DNA from: an uncultured Paraprevotella sp.
Lineage (GTDB): Bacteria; Bacteroidota; Bacteroidia; Bacteroidales; Bacteroidaceae
DNA: 64,000 nucleotides
Direction: 5' to 3'
Assembly: GCA_947177395.1 (NCBI GenBank)
Contig: CAMWUI010000013.1
Span: forward strand, 305 to 64,304
Of this stretch, positions 18,847-28,478 are shown one piece after another. Numbering within the stretch: position 1 is the stretch's first letter; every line of letters starts with the position of its first letter. Made by a program: the position numbers and the translations under genes. The notes beneath the pieces are model-generated. The model was not told the origin of the DNA. It made no database searches and saw only the letters and a program-made list of their open reading frames with translations.

Positions 18847-19215
18847 ATGAAGGCTGTGTTGTCAAGGATACAAATTTATTGGTTGTCGCTGATTCTGTTA
18901 TGTGCAATCAGCGCAAATGGTATGTTTGCCGGTGACAGGAAGACGGGACGGATGGATTCCTTATCGCGTAAGTCTCCGAACCCCGAACTCAAGGAAGTTA
19001 TTAAAAACAAAATGGCCAGTTCGGCTTTCCCGATTAAGGTGTCCGTGCGCGGCAAGATTATATGTGTGGAAAGCAATAACTACCAGATTCTGCCTATATA
19101 TAATAAGAACGGTGCTTTTTTCAGTGTTTTCCGTCTGAATAAAGGAGTAAACTGGATAAACGGGTTGCCGAAAGGCACTTACTTTATAAATAACAACAAG
19201 ATTGTAATTTCGTAG
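18847..19215 (+). CDS. Small secreted hypothetical protein ending in a T9SS-CTD-like motif
   Basis: Signal-like N-terminus; IYNKNG..GLPKGTYFINNNKIVIS; two TAACTTTG boxes at 18814 and 18834. Confidence 0.65.
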   Translation: MKAVLSRIQIYWLSLILLCAISANGMFAGDRKTGRMDSLSRKSPNPELKEVIKNKMASSAFPIKVSVRGKIICVESNNYQILPIYNKNGAFFSVFRLNKGVNWINGLPKGTYFINNNKIVIS

Positions 19216-19288
19216 TACTTTATAAGTTTGTTTGTGGGGTATTATAAAAAAGATTCTTCTTTTTGTGGTAAGAATGAGAACAGGGGTT

Positions 19289-20104
19289 ATGCAAGCTACC
19301 GTTATTTCAGAAATTGATGTAGAGCGCATTGTTCGCGAACGTGCCGGAGCTAAGGCCAGATATGTGCCTCAATTTCTTATAAATGCATTGAAACGATTGA
19401 TTCATCAGGATTTTATCAACGAATACCTTCGTCAGGGATACGAAGGGGTGGATTTCTGTGAAAACTGCCTTAAGTATCTGGATGTGGAAGTAGATGTGCA
19501 CGGGCTTGAAAACCTGCCGACAGACGGCCGTCTGTGTACATTCGTGAGCAATCACCCCTTGGGCGCGATAGACGGAGTGACATTGGGTATGGTGCTCGGT
19601 CGCCGTTATGGGGGGCGCGTGAAGTTTCTGGTCAATGATTTGCTGATGAATCTGAAAGGGTTGGCTCCCTTGTGTATTCCTATTAATAAAATGGGCAAGC
19701 AGGCACGCAACTTCCCGCAGGTGGTGGAAGCCGGTTTCCGGTCTGATAATCATATCATCATGTTTCCTGCCGGACTGTGTTCCCGTCGCATAGACGGAGA
19801 AATACAGGATTTGCCGTGGAAGAAGACATTTGTGACGAAAAGCGTAGAGACCCGGCGCGATGTGGTGCCCATTCATTTTGAGGGACAAAATTCGGAACGT
19901 TTTTATTCGGTGGCCAACTGGTGTAAAAGACTTCATTTGAAATTCAATCTGGCGATGCTGCTCTTGCCGGATGAGATGTATCATAGCCGGCATAAGCGGT
20001 ATCGCGTGGTTATCGGTCAGCCGATACCTTGGGAAACATTCGGAAAGGAACGCACGGCGGCCGGATGGGCGCAATATGTGCGGGAACAGATATATAAGTT
20101 ATAG
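19289..20104 (+). CDS. glsA: PlsC-type acyltransferase, probable glycine-lipid O-acyltransferase
   Basis: SNHPLGAIDG (HX4D), MFPAGLCSR; paired with the downstream GNAT as in Bacteroides glsA/glsB. Confidence 0.7.
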   Translation: MQATVISEIDVERIVRERAGAKARYVPQFLINALKRLIHQDFINEYLRQGYEGVDFCENCLKYLDVEVDVHGLENLPTDGRLCTFVSNHPLGAIDGVTLGMVLGRRYGGRVKFLVNDLLMNLKGLAPLCIPINKMGKQARNFPQVVEAGFRSDNHIIMFPAGLCSRRIDGEIQDLPWKKTFVTKSVETRRDVVPIHFEGQNSERFYSVANWCKRLHLKFNLAMLLLPDEMYHSRHKRYRVVIGQPIPWETFGKERTAAGWAQYVREQIYKL

Positions 20105-20139
20105 TATACAGACCAAACAGAGGACGATCACAAACAGGT

Positions 20140-21144
20140 ATGGAAGAGATAATAGAACCGATTGACAAGGAACTTCTGAAAGCGGAACTTACGGAAGACA
20201 AGCGGTTGAGGTTTACGAACAAGAGCAGTAATGAGATATATGTCGTTACATGGCAGAACGCTCCCAACGTGGTGAGGGAAATCGGTCGTTTACGTGAGAT
20301 TGCGTTCCGGGCTGCCGGAGGCGGTACCGGTAAAGCGCTTGATCTGGATGAATTCGATACGATGGAGCATGGCTACAAACAGTTGCTGGTATGGAACCCC
20401 GATGCGGAGGAGATATTGGGCGGTTACCGGTATCTGTTGGGTTCGGATGTGAGAGTGGACGAAAACGGCCAGCCTGTATTGGCCACCTCGCACATGTTTA
20501 GCTTTTCAGACAAGTTCATGAAAGACTACATGCCTTACACCGTGGAACTCGGACGTTCGTTTGTCACGCTTGAATATCAGAGTACGCGGGCTGGTTCGAA
20601 GGGGCTCTTTGCATTGGACAACCTATGGGACGGTCTGGGAGCGTTGACCGTGATAAAGCCTAATGTGCGTTATTTCTTCGGGAAGATGACGATGTATCCT
20701 TCCTACAACCGCAAGGGACGTGATATGATTCTGTATTTCCTGAACAAACATTTCGGAGATCCGGAGCATCTGATTATACCGGTGAAACCATTGTTTTTGG
20801 AGTCGGATCCGGCAGAGTTGGCGAGTCTGTTCTGCAAAGACGATTTTAAGGAAGATTATCGTATCCTGAATTCGGAAGTGCGGAAACTGGGATATAATAT
20901 TCCTCCTCTGGTGAATGCCTATATGAGTCTGTCGCCGACGATGCGTATGTTCGGGACTGCCATTAACTACGGTTTCGGCGATGTGGAGGAAACCGGTATC
21001 TTGATTGCTGTAGATGAGATTCTGACAGAAAAGCGGGTACGCCATATAGACTCGTTTGCCCGTGAACATCCCGAGGCGGTGAAAATAACGTCCGGTGCCA
21101 GCAAGGTGATTTATGAAGTGAAGAACGGACTTGCCGGGGAGTGA
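20140..21144 (+). CDS. glsB: GNAT (OlsB-like) N-acyltransferase, glycine-lipid synthase ('hemolysin' HlyB family)
   Basis: EIGRLREIAFR..GGGTG..DLDEFD, ILGGYRY, VELGRSFV, IPPLVNAY. Confidence 0.8.
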   Translation: MEEIIEPIDKELLKAELTEDKRLRFTNKSSNEIYVVTWQNAPNVVREIGRLREIAFRAAGGGTGKALDLDEFDTMEHGYKQLLVWNPDAEEILGGYRYLLGSDVRVDENGQPVLATSHMFSFSDKFMKDYMPYTVELGRSFVTLEYQSTRAGSKGLFALDNLWDGLGALTVIKPNVRYFFGKMTMYPSYNRKGRDMILYFLNKHFGDPEHLIIPVKPLFLESDPAELASLFCKDDFKEDYRILNSEVRKLGYNIPPLVNAYMSLSPTMRMFGTAINYGFGDVEETGILIAVDEILTEKRVRHIDSFAREHPEAVKITSGASKVIYEVKNGLAGE

Positions 21145-21157
21145 CCGACAAATCCGT

Positions 21158-22513
21158 TTATAGAGTGGGAAGACTCATTCCGTTTATCTTCCGGTACAGA
21201 TCCAGGGCATACACATCCGTCATGCCCGAAATATAGTCCAACACGGCCATCACCCGGTCGTAGAGAGCTGTTGCTTTTATGTCGTATTGTGTGGAGACGC
21301 GGTTGATGAGCAGTTGTGAGTACGTTTTCTCCGGATGCGTCACGGCTTCTAGCATCAGTTCGAGCAGTGTGCTGATAACTTGAAAACCGGCCAGTTCCAC
21401 GTCCACGACGTCCTTGCTGCGGTAAATCTTTTTAAAAGCCATTTTCGTGCATGCTTCGTATGCCTGACGGGGTATCGGGGCGATGTGCTTGAGCAACGGC
21501 CCTTCGAATGTTCCGTTCAGGATAGCTTCTTCGTTTTCCACAAACACACGTACACATTCCTGTTCCAGACGACCGATGACACACGAGCGCAGATAGACGA
21601 TCTGTTCATTTGTATCCTCGACAATTCGCATGTTCGACAGGATTCTTGCTTTTCGTTCCTCCTCAAAGAAACCGAGCAGCAGTTCACGGGTCGTTTCCGT
21701 AGACAGCAATTTCAGTTTGTGTGCGTCTTCTATGTCCATGATCTGGTAACATATATCGTCTGCTGCTTCTACCAGGAATACAAGCGGGTAACGGGCATAC
21801 CGGAGAGTTCCCTCCGGGCTTTCCCTGCGGAGGATACCCAATTCGTCTGCTATCTTCCTGAAGTCGGCTTCCTCGCTTTGGAAAAAACCGAATTTGGAGT
21901 GACTGCCGGCCAAAGAAGAAGAGAAAGGGTATTTCACGATGGAGGCCAAGGTGGAATATGTCATGACGAAGCCTCCTTCGCGTCTCCCTTTGAAATGGTG
22001 AGTGAGCAGCCGGAATGCATTGGCGTTGCCTTCGAAATGCGTCAGGTCGTTCCATTGAGCGGGTGTCAGCGATTCTCCATTCTGCGGGTTGCGGTAGTCC
22101 CGGAGCCATTGTCCCTTACCTTCGCTGAAGAACGTGCCGATGGCTCTTTCGCCGGAATGGCCGAAAGGGGGATTGCCCAGATCATGTGCCAAACAGGCTG
22201 CTGACACGATAGAGCCTAATTCGCAGATATGCGTATGGGCCAGTTCGGGATGCTTTTCCAGTAATAGTCTGGCGCTGTCGTTGCCGAGAGAGCGTCCGAC
22301 ACTGGAAACTTCCAGGCTATGGGTCAGTCTGTTGTGCACGAATATACTGCCCGGCAACGGGAACACCTGTGTCTTGTTCTGCAAGCGGCGAAACGGAGCG
22401 GAGAAAATCAGGCGGTCGTAATCCCGTTGGAATTCCGTGCGGTCATCTTTCTTCACTGTATACATCTTTTCCAATCCCAGGCGTTTGTTGGACAATAGTT
22501 GTTTCCAATTCAT
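21158..22513 (-). CDS. dgt: Deoxyguanosinetriphosphate triphosphohydrolase (HD family dNTPase)
   Basis: FRRLQNKTQVF, HNRLTHSLEV, AHDLGNPPFGHSGE, EAADDICY, DYISGMTD. Confidence 0.92.
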   Translation of the reverse strand: MNWKQLLSNKRLGLEKMYTVKKDDRTEFQRDYDRLIFSAPFRRLQNKTQVFPLPGSIFVHNRLTHSLEVSSVGRSLGNDSARLLLEKHPELAHTHICELGSIVSAACLAHDLGNPPFGHSGERAIGTFFSEGKGQWLRDYRNPQNGESLTPAQWNDLTHFEGNANAFRLLTHHFKGRREGGFVMTYSTLASIVKYPFSSSLAGSHSKFGFFQSEEADFRKIADELGILRRESPEGTLRYARYPLVFLVEAADDICYQIMDIEDAHKLKLLSTETTRELLLGFFEEERKARILSNMRIVEDTNEQIVYLRSCVIGRLEQECVRVFVENEEAILNGTFEGPLLKHIAPIPRQAYEACTKMAFKKIYRSKDVVDVELAGFQVISTLLELMLEAVTHPEKTYSQLLINRVSTQYDIKATALYDRVMAVLDYISGMTDVYALDLYRKINGMSLPTL

Positions 22514-22651
22514 CTTGTCGTATGGTTTAAATCCTTGCAAAAGTAATCTAAAAACGAGTAACACGCCTACTTTTTCCTGTAAAAAGTAAAGGGAATGTAA
22601 ACGGAATTGCTTATTTTTGTAACCTTTAGAATTTTAGGGAAATAATAGGTT

Positions 22652-23086
22652 ATGAAAATACGTGTGATTAACAAATCCCATCATCCGTTGCCGGCATATG
22701 CGACTCTACAGTCGGCAGGTATGGATTTGCGTGCCAATCTGGAGTCGCCGGTAATCTTGCAGCCGTTGGAACGGAAATTGATTCCTACGGGATTGTATAT
22801 CGCTTTGCCGGCAGGTACAGAGGCGCAGGTGCGTCCGCGGAGCGGGCTGGCACTGAAAAAGGGTATCACTTTGTTGAATACTCCGGGGACCATCGATGCG
22901 GATTACCGCGGTGAAATAGGAGTTATCCTGATAAATCTTTCGAATGTTCCTGTGACGGTTGAGGACGGCGAGCGTATAGCTCAGATGGTCGTGGTACGTT
23001 ACGAACAGGCCGAATGGGATGCTGTGGAGGTACTCGATGAAACGGAGCGGGGGGCTGGAGGATTCGGCCATTCCGGAGAGAAGTAA
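22652..23086 (+). CDS. dut: dUTP diphosphatase
   Basis: [32 protein letters not shown]. Confidence 0.97.
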   Translation: MKIRVINKSHHPLPAYATLQSAGMDLRANLESPVILQPLERKLIPTGLYIALPAGTEAQVRPRSGLALKKGITLLNTPGTIDADYRGEIGVILINLSNVPVTVEDGERIAQMVVVRYEQAEWDAVEVLDETERGAGGFGHSGEK

Positions 23087-23106
23087 CGGGATGTCAAACG
23101 AAGGTA

Positions 23107-24942
23107 ATGGCAATGAAACAGATTAAACTGATTGTTGTTTTGTTGATAGGAGCGTGCTGGCTGGTGTCGTGCAAGACGAACACGTCTGTCACCGCGGATG
23201 TTCCGGGAAGGGTAGTCGAGAAAGGAAAGAAGGCAGTAGCCGCACGAAAGGGACAATCTTTGCAAAGGTTAACCCCTGAAGAACAGCGCCGTTTCGATTA
23301 TTATTATCTGGAAGCCCTGAATCAAAAACAGATGGAGCGTCACGATGCGGCTTTCGACCTCTACCGCCACTGTCTGGATATTCAGCCGGATGCCAGTGAG
23401 GTGGTATACGAACTAGCCGTTTATGCCTTGTTTCTCGGACGTAATGACGAGGCGGAGAGCTATCTGGTGAGGGCCGTGGAGTTGGAGCCGGAGAACACAT
23501 GGTATAAGGAAACGCTGGCATCTTTTTACATCTCCCGTCGGGAGATGGCCAAGGCGATTCCTGTACTGGAGGATATGACGGAACTGGCTCCGGCGCGTAC
23601 GGATGTGCTGTCTCAGCTGGTTTCCATGTATATGAGTGTAAACAATCGGGCGGAAGCCATCCAGGTGCTCGATCGTATCGAACAATTGGAAGGAAAGGAT
23701 GCACAGATAAGTCTGGAGAAATATCGTCTGTATATGCAGGAGGGACAGGAGGAGCAGGCTTTCGGTGAACTGGAAAGTCTGGCGGCGGCCTTTCCGAATG
23801 ACCTGGCGTATCGGGTGCTGATAGGCAATTCATTCCTGCAGACGGGCAAGGCGGAGCGGGCATTGGAAATCTATAACGAGGTAAAGGCCCGGGAACCGGA
23901 GAACAAGACGTTGCAATTGTCTTTGCTGGATTATTATAAGGAGACGAAAAATGATTCCTTGTATACGGCTTATTTGGATTCGCTGCTTTATGACCCGCGT
24001 ACGGAGTCGGCCATGCGTCTGCGTCTGATGCGCGACTGGATTGCGGGAAGAGAACAGGCCGGGGCAGACAGTACGGAGGTGCTGAATGTATTTTCCCGTT
24101 TGCTGGAGGCACCTCAGGACGGCATCGATATGATGGCCTTGTGTGCGGCCTATATGGAGGCGAAGAAAATGCCGGTGGAGCATATCGCGGATATGATGCG
24201 GAAAATTCTGGAAGTGGAGCCGGATAACCAGACGGCCTTGTTGCGTCTTTTGCAGTATTATATTCGGCGCGGGCAGTATCCTGAAGCGGCGGATATCTGC
24301 CGGAAAGGGGTACGTTATTATCCAGAACAGCTTCCGTTTTATTTCTATTTGGGATTCTCCTGTTTCCAGTCCGATCTAAAACAGGAGGCTTTGGAGGCTT
24401 TCACGCAGGGAGCCAAACAGATAAAGCCCGATACGGATTCAGGCATAGTCTCTGACCTTTATTCCGTCATGGGGGATTTGCTGTATGATTGCGGCCGGAA
24501 GGAGGAAGCGTATGCATCTTATGATTCCTGTCTGGTGTATCGGGATGATAATGTATCTTGTCTGAATAACTATGCCTATTATCTTTCGTTGGAAGAAGAA
24601 CAGCTGGACAAGGCGGAGGAAATGAGTTACCGTACTATCAAGATAGAACCCGACAACAAGACATACTTGGATACGTATGCCTGGATTCTTTTTATGCAAG
24701 GACGGTATACGGAAGCACGGATTTATATAGATAAGGTGGTGGAAGAGGAGACGGAAGGAGACGGACGTTCCGCTTCGGAGGAGGATGCCGTCAGTGCGGA
24801 TGTTCTGGAGCATGCCGGTGACATTTATTTTAAGTGTGGAGATACGGAAAAGGCGTTATATTACTGGAAGAAGGCACTTGCCAAAGGAAGTACGCGCGAA
24901 GTGTTGAAAAAGAAAATCAAACAGAAACGATATATAAAATGA
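23107..24942 (+). CDS. TPR-repeat lipoprotein
   Basis: Lipobox LVSC; multiple TPRs; LNNYAYYLS..YLDTYAWILF..EHAGDIY. Confidence 0.85.
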   Translation: MAMKQIKLIVVLLIGACWLVSCKTNTSVTADVPGRVVEKGKKAVAARKGQSLQRLTPEEQRRFDYYYLEALNQKQMERHDAAFDLYRHCLDIQPDASEVVYELAVYALFLGRNDEAESYLVRAVELEPENTWYKETLASFYISRREMAKAIPVLEDMTELAPARTDVLSQLVSMYMSVNNRAEAIQVLDRIEQLEGKDAQISLEKYRLYMQEGQEEQAFGELESLAAAFPNDLAYRVLIGNSFLQTGKAERALEIYNEVKAREPENKTLQLSLLDYYKETKNDSLYTAYLDSLLYDPRTESAMRLRLMRDWIAGREQAGADSTEVLNVFSRLLEAPQDGIDMMALCAAYMEAKKMPVEHIADMMRKILEVEPDNQTALLRLLQYYIRRGQYPEAADICRKGVRYYPEQLPFYFYLGFSCFQSDLKQEALEAFTQGAKQIKPDTDSGIVSDLYSVMGDLLYDCGRKEEAYASYDSCLVYRDDNVSCLNNYAYYLSLEEEQLDKAEEMSYRTIKIEPDNKTYLDTYAWILFMQGRYTEARIYIDKVVEEETEGDGRSASEEDAVSADVLEHAGDIYFKCGDTEKALYYWKKALAKGSTREVLKKKIKQKRYIK

Positions 24943-25790
24943 GGAGACGCTGTATAAAGGGAATGCGGAATCTTTTGTGGGTGGTGCTTGTCGGGCTGTT
25001 CGCGGCCTGTCGTTCGTCCAGGACGGCTGTTGTCCCGTCGCCGGCGGGGACACCGGAAAAGGCAGTCGAACGGATGATTGCCCAGGAACAGGCTGGCAGA
25101 CTGAATTCCAGTGCCGTAACGGCCAAAGTGAGTGTAGAGGCGGAAGCGGACGGGCGTAAGGTGTCTGTGGGAGGCAGTCTAAAAATGAAGCGTGACGATG
25201 TGATTCAATTGTCTCTGGTCGCATTGGGATTTGTGGAGGCGGGAAGGCTTGAATTGACGCGGGATTACCTGTTGCTGGTAGACCGACTGGGAAAGCGTTA
25301 TGTGAAAGTCGCTTATTCCGAAGTCGGGTTTCTGCGGGATGCAGGTATCGGTTTCGACAGTTTTCAGGCTTTGTTCTGGAACGAATTGTTTGTTCCGAAC
25401 CGGCAAGGCAAACCTTCCGTTTCCGATTTTATTTTGAAAGAGACGGATGCCGGGACGGAACTGCAGGCCCGTACGGACAGTCGCCTGGCATGTCGTTTTG
25501 TGGTGGATGTAATGCAAGCCTTGTTGAAGCAGACTGTCGTAAGTGACGCCCGTAATTCGTTCGGTCCCAGTCTGCACTGGGAATACGGACAGTTCGAGAC
25601 GGTGCTTGGGGGACAGTTCCCCCGCAAGATGGACATTGCTATTGAAGGATTGGGAAAACCGTTTCGTCTGGGCCTGACGTTGGGAAATATAAAAGCCGAT
25701 GACAAATGGGAAACACGTACTCAGGTCTCTTCTAAACGCTATAAGGAAGTGACGATAAGTTCTATCATAAAGAATATAATACCCCAATGA
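24939..25790 (+). CDS. DUF4292 family lipoprotein
   Basis: Lipobox FAAC; GSLKMKRDDVIQLS, FQALFWNELF; conserved dut-TPR-DUF4292-envC gene order. Confidence 0.78.
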   Translation: MRRRCIKGMRNLLWVVLVGLFAACRSSRTAVVPSPAGTPEKAVERMIAQEQAGRLNSSAVTAKVSVEAEADGRKVSVGGSLKMKRDDVIQLSLVALGFVEAGRLELTRDYLLLVDRLGKRYVKVAYSEVGFLRDAGIGFDSFQALFWNELFVPNRQGKPSVSDFILKETDAGTELQARTDSRLACRFVVDVMQALLKQTVVSDARNSFGPSLHWEYGQFETVLGGQFPRKMDIAIEGLGKPFRLGLTLGNIKADDKWETRTQVSSKRYKEVTISSIIKNIIPQ

Positions 25791-27244
25791 GATATTTTAC
25801 CCTATTGGCTTTGCTGGTCGTGCTGTCGGTCGGTCGGACCGGAGCTCAGACGAATCGTAAAATAAAGGCTCTGCAGAACAAGAAAAGCGAGTTGAAAAAG
25901 GATATGGCTCGCAAGGAGAAAGACTTGAATCAGACCCGCCGGACGGTGGATACGAAGTTGAAGACCATACTTCAACTGGACGATTCGCTGGAGGTCCGCC
26001 AGAGACATATCGATGATATGGTGCAAGAAATGAATGAGATAGACCGGCAGGTGGAAAGGCTTCAGTCGGAGGTTCTTCATTGTGAGACGGAACTGGGTGA
26101 AACAAAGGAACGCTATGCCCGTTCTTTGCGTTATACCCGCCTCAATCAGGCGGTGAAGAGTCCCTTGCTGTATGCATTTTCGGCCCGGAAAGTGACACAG
26201 ATGGTCCGTCGTTCGCGTTACGCTCGTGAATATGCGGCCTGGCAACGGGAACAGGGGGAGGTGATAAAGAGGAAACAGGCCGCCTTGCTGGACAAACAGA
26301 ATGAACTGCTCAAGGCCAAGAGCGAAAAGAACCGGGTCATGCACGAGGTGATGCGCCAGCGGAAAGTGCTGCAGGAAGAACAGCGTCAACAGAAAGAGAT
26401 TGTTGCCGGACTGAAACAGAAAGAGAAAACCTTGTTGGAACAAGTGGCCAAGCAGCGGAAAGAACTGACTGCGCTTGACAAGAAGATTGACGAGATGATT
26501 GCTTGGGAAATAGAGCAGGCTCGTAAACGCGAGGAAGCCCGAAAGCGTGAGGAGGCCCGGAAAAAGGCCGAAGCGGAAGCACGTCGCAAAAAGGCTGAAG
26601 CCGAGAATGCGCGTAGGATAGCAGAGGCCAAGAAGGCGGAACAGAAAGCGTTGGAGGAAAAAAAGAAGGCCCGTACGGCGGCAGAGAGGTCTCAGGCAGA
26701 GAAGAATGCGGAGGTGGCCCGCGCCCGAGTAAAGGCGGCAGAGCAGAAAGCGGCGCAGGATTCCAAGGCGGCTGGAGGGAAACAATCATCGAAAGACGAC
26801 GCTCAGTGGACTACATCCGTGGATCGTAAGCTGGACGGTAGTTTTGAGAAAAACAAGGGACGGTTGCCTGTACCCGTCACGGGCCCCTATCGGGTTGGCA
26901 ATCGTTTCGGTGCTTACAATGTGCCCGGTCTGAAAGACGTCATGCTCGATAACAAGGGAGTCAATTACATCGGGCAGTCCGGTGCTTGTGCCCGTGCCAT
27001 TTTCGAAGGGACGGTGACAGCTATATTCCAGTTCGGAGGAGTCACGAATGTGCTTGTCCGTCATGGCAGTTATATTTCCGTATACTGCAATTTGTCTTCC
27101 GTACGTGTCAGTCAAGGGCAGAAAGTCGGCACCCGTGATGTGATAGGAACGGTGGCCGGCGACGGTGCAGGTAACTGCATCCTGCATTTCCAGTTGAGGC
27201 ATGAGAAAGCAAAGTTGAATCCGGAGGCCTGGATCGGCCGGTAG
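25787..27244 (+). CDS. EnvC-like murein hydrolase activator (coiled coil + M23 domain)
   Basis: Long coiled coil; FEKNKGRLPVPV, VRHGSYISVYCNL, LHFQLR..LNPEAW. Confidence 0.85.
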   Translation: MRYFTLLALLVVLSVGRTGAQTNRKIKALQNKKSELKKDMARKEKDLNQTRRTVDTKLKTILQLDDSLEVRQRHIDDMVQEMNEIDRQVERLQSEVLHCETELGETKERYARSLRYTRLNQAVKSPLLYAFSARKVTQMVRRSRYAREYAAWQREQGEVIKRKQAALLDKQNELLKAKSEKNRVMHEVMRQRKVLQEEQRQQKEIVAGLKQKEKTLLEQVAKQRKELTALDKKIDEMIAWEIEQARKREEARKREEARKKAEAEARRKKAEAENARRIAEAKKAEQKALEEKKKARTAAERSQAEKNAEVARARVKAAEQKAAQDSKAAGGKQSSKDDAQWTTSVDRKLDGSFEKNKGRLPVPVTGPYRVGNRFGAYNVPGLKDVMLDNKGVNYIGQSGACARAIFEGTVTAIFQFGGVTNVLVRHGSYISVYCNLSSVRVSQGQKVGTRDVIGTVAGDGAGNCILHFQLRHEKAKLNPEAWIGR

Positions 27245-27262
27245 AGGCTGGGGCAGGATGGC

Positions 27263-27958
27263 TTAGAGAAAGTTCAGCCAGCGGAGCAACGATGGAGTGA
27301 ACAAGGCTGTCAGTAGTCCGTTGAGAATAAGTCCCAGACTGGCATATGCGCCGTATGTTCGTCCATACTCCATTGCCCGTGAGGTGCCTACGGCGTGCGA
27401 GGCTGTTCCCATGCTCAGGCTTTGGGCGATAGGACTTTTCACCCTTCCCACCTGTAGAACCTTGAATCCGCATACGGCACCGAACAGACCTACGCAGACA
27501 ACGATGGCGGCTGTCAGGGACGGTATGCCGTTTAGCGAGGTTGTCACTTCCATGGCAATGGGGGTAGTGACGGATTTGGGAGCCAATGATATGATGACGG
27601 CATTGCTGGCACCCAGCCATTTGGCCGTGAGTACTACAGAGACGATGCCTACCAGGCAACCTGTCAGTTGCGATACGAGAATGGGTATCCATTGCTGCCG
27701 TATGTTTTTCAGTTGCAGGTAGAGCGGCACGCCCAGTGCCACGATGGCCGGTTTCAGCCAGAAGTCGATGAGTGCCCCCGTTTCCGCATACGTTTCGTAA
27801 TCGATGCCGGTGATTTTCAGAAAAGCTATCAGGATGAGTATCGTTGCCAGAATGGGGTTGAGCACCACCAGCCCTGTCCGGCGCTGTACCAGCCCGGTTC
27901 CCCAGTAAATGCAGAAGGTAAGGGCGATAAGAAAGAACCTATTTTCTAAATATTCCAT
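27263..27958 (-). CDS. lrgB: LrgB family membrane protein
   Basis: PAIVALGVPLY, APKSVTTPIAM, SHAVGTSRA. Confidence 0.9.
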   Translation of the reverse strand: MEYLENRFFLIALTFCIYWGTGLVQRRTGLVVLNPILATILILIAFLKITGIDYETYAETGALIDFWLKPAIVALGVPLYLQLKNIRQQWIPILVSQLTGCLVGIVSVVLTAKWLGASNAVIISLAPKSVTTPIAMEVTTSLNGIPSLTAAIVVCVGLFGAVCGFKVLQVGRVKSPIAQSLSMGTASHAVGTSRAMEYGRTYGAYASLGLILNGLLTALFTPSLLRWLNFL

Positions 27959-28289
27959 GGCGTCTGACCCATTGATGAACGTGTCCCGTGACAACAAGTA
28001 CGAGAACGGTACTGATGACTGTAGAAATGGCGATAGGCCAGAACTCGGCGGCTATCACATCGAAATAAAGCATAAGTGCCACACCGGGAGGAATAAAAAA
28101 GAAACCGAGGTTGCTCACCAGGAAGTCGGAGAGGCTCTTTATCCGGTCGAGTTTTATCCAGCCCGCCTGCAGGAAAGCCGTGAGCAACAGCATGCCGACA
28201 ATGCTGCTCGGCAGTTTGATACCCGTAAGCCATACGACGAACTCGCCTAAGGCCAGGCACCCGAACAATATGCTGCATTGTTTTACCAT
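27939..28289 (-). CDS. lrgA: CidA/LrgA family protein
   Basis: LPSSIVGMLLL, NLGFFFIPPGV. Confidence 0.9.
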   Translation of the reverse strand: MVKQCSILFGCLALGEFVVWLTGIKLPSSIVGMLLLTAFLQAGWIKLDRIKSLSDFLVSNLGFFFIPPGVALMLYFDVIAAEFWPIAISTVISTVLVLVVTGHVHQWVRRHGIFRK

Positions 28290-28478
28290 AATGTCTGCTA
28301 TGGAATTTTTATGGTGTAAAGTTATAAAGAATCCGCCGGATAAGTGGATAAAAGGAAAGAAAGATGCGAAAAGAAAGGATACGATGGCGATTTTTCAGGA
28401 AAAGGGGCAAGTCTTTTGATTTAAATTGGTTATTTTTGTACAAGGACATGTATAGCTAACCTTTAAACGGATATATTT

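Noticed and set aside
21158-23086. dGTPase/dUTPase as an anti-phage nucleotide-depletion system
   Set aside because: Housekeeping context; divergent dgt/dut-TPR-DUF4292-envC is an ordinary Bacteroidales arrangement
25787-28289. LrgAB plus M23 protein as a prophage lysis cassette
   Set aside because: Convergent housekeeping genes; the M23 protein is EnvC-like; no phage genes nearby
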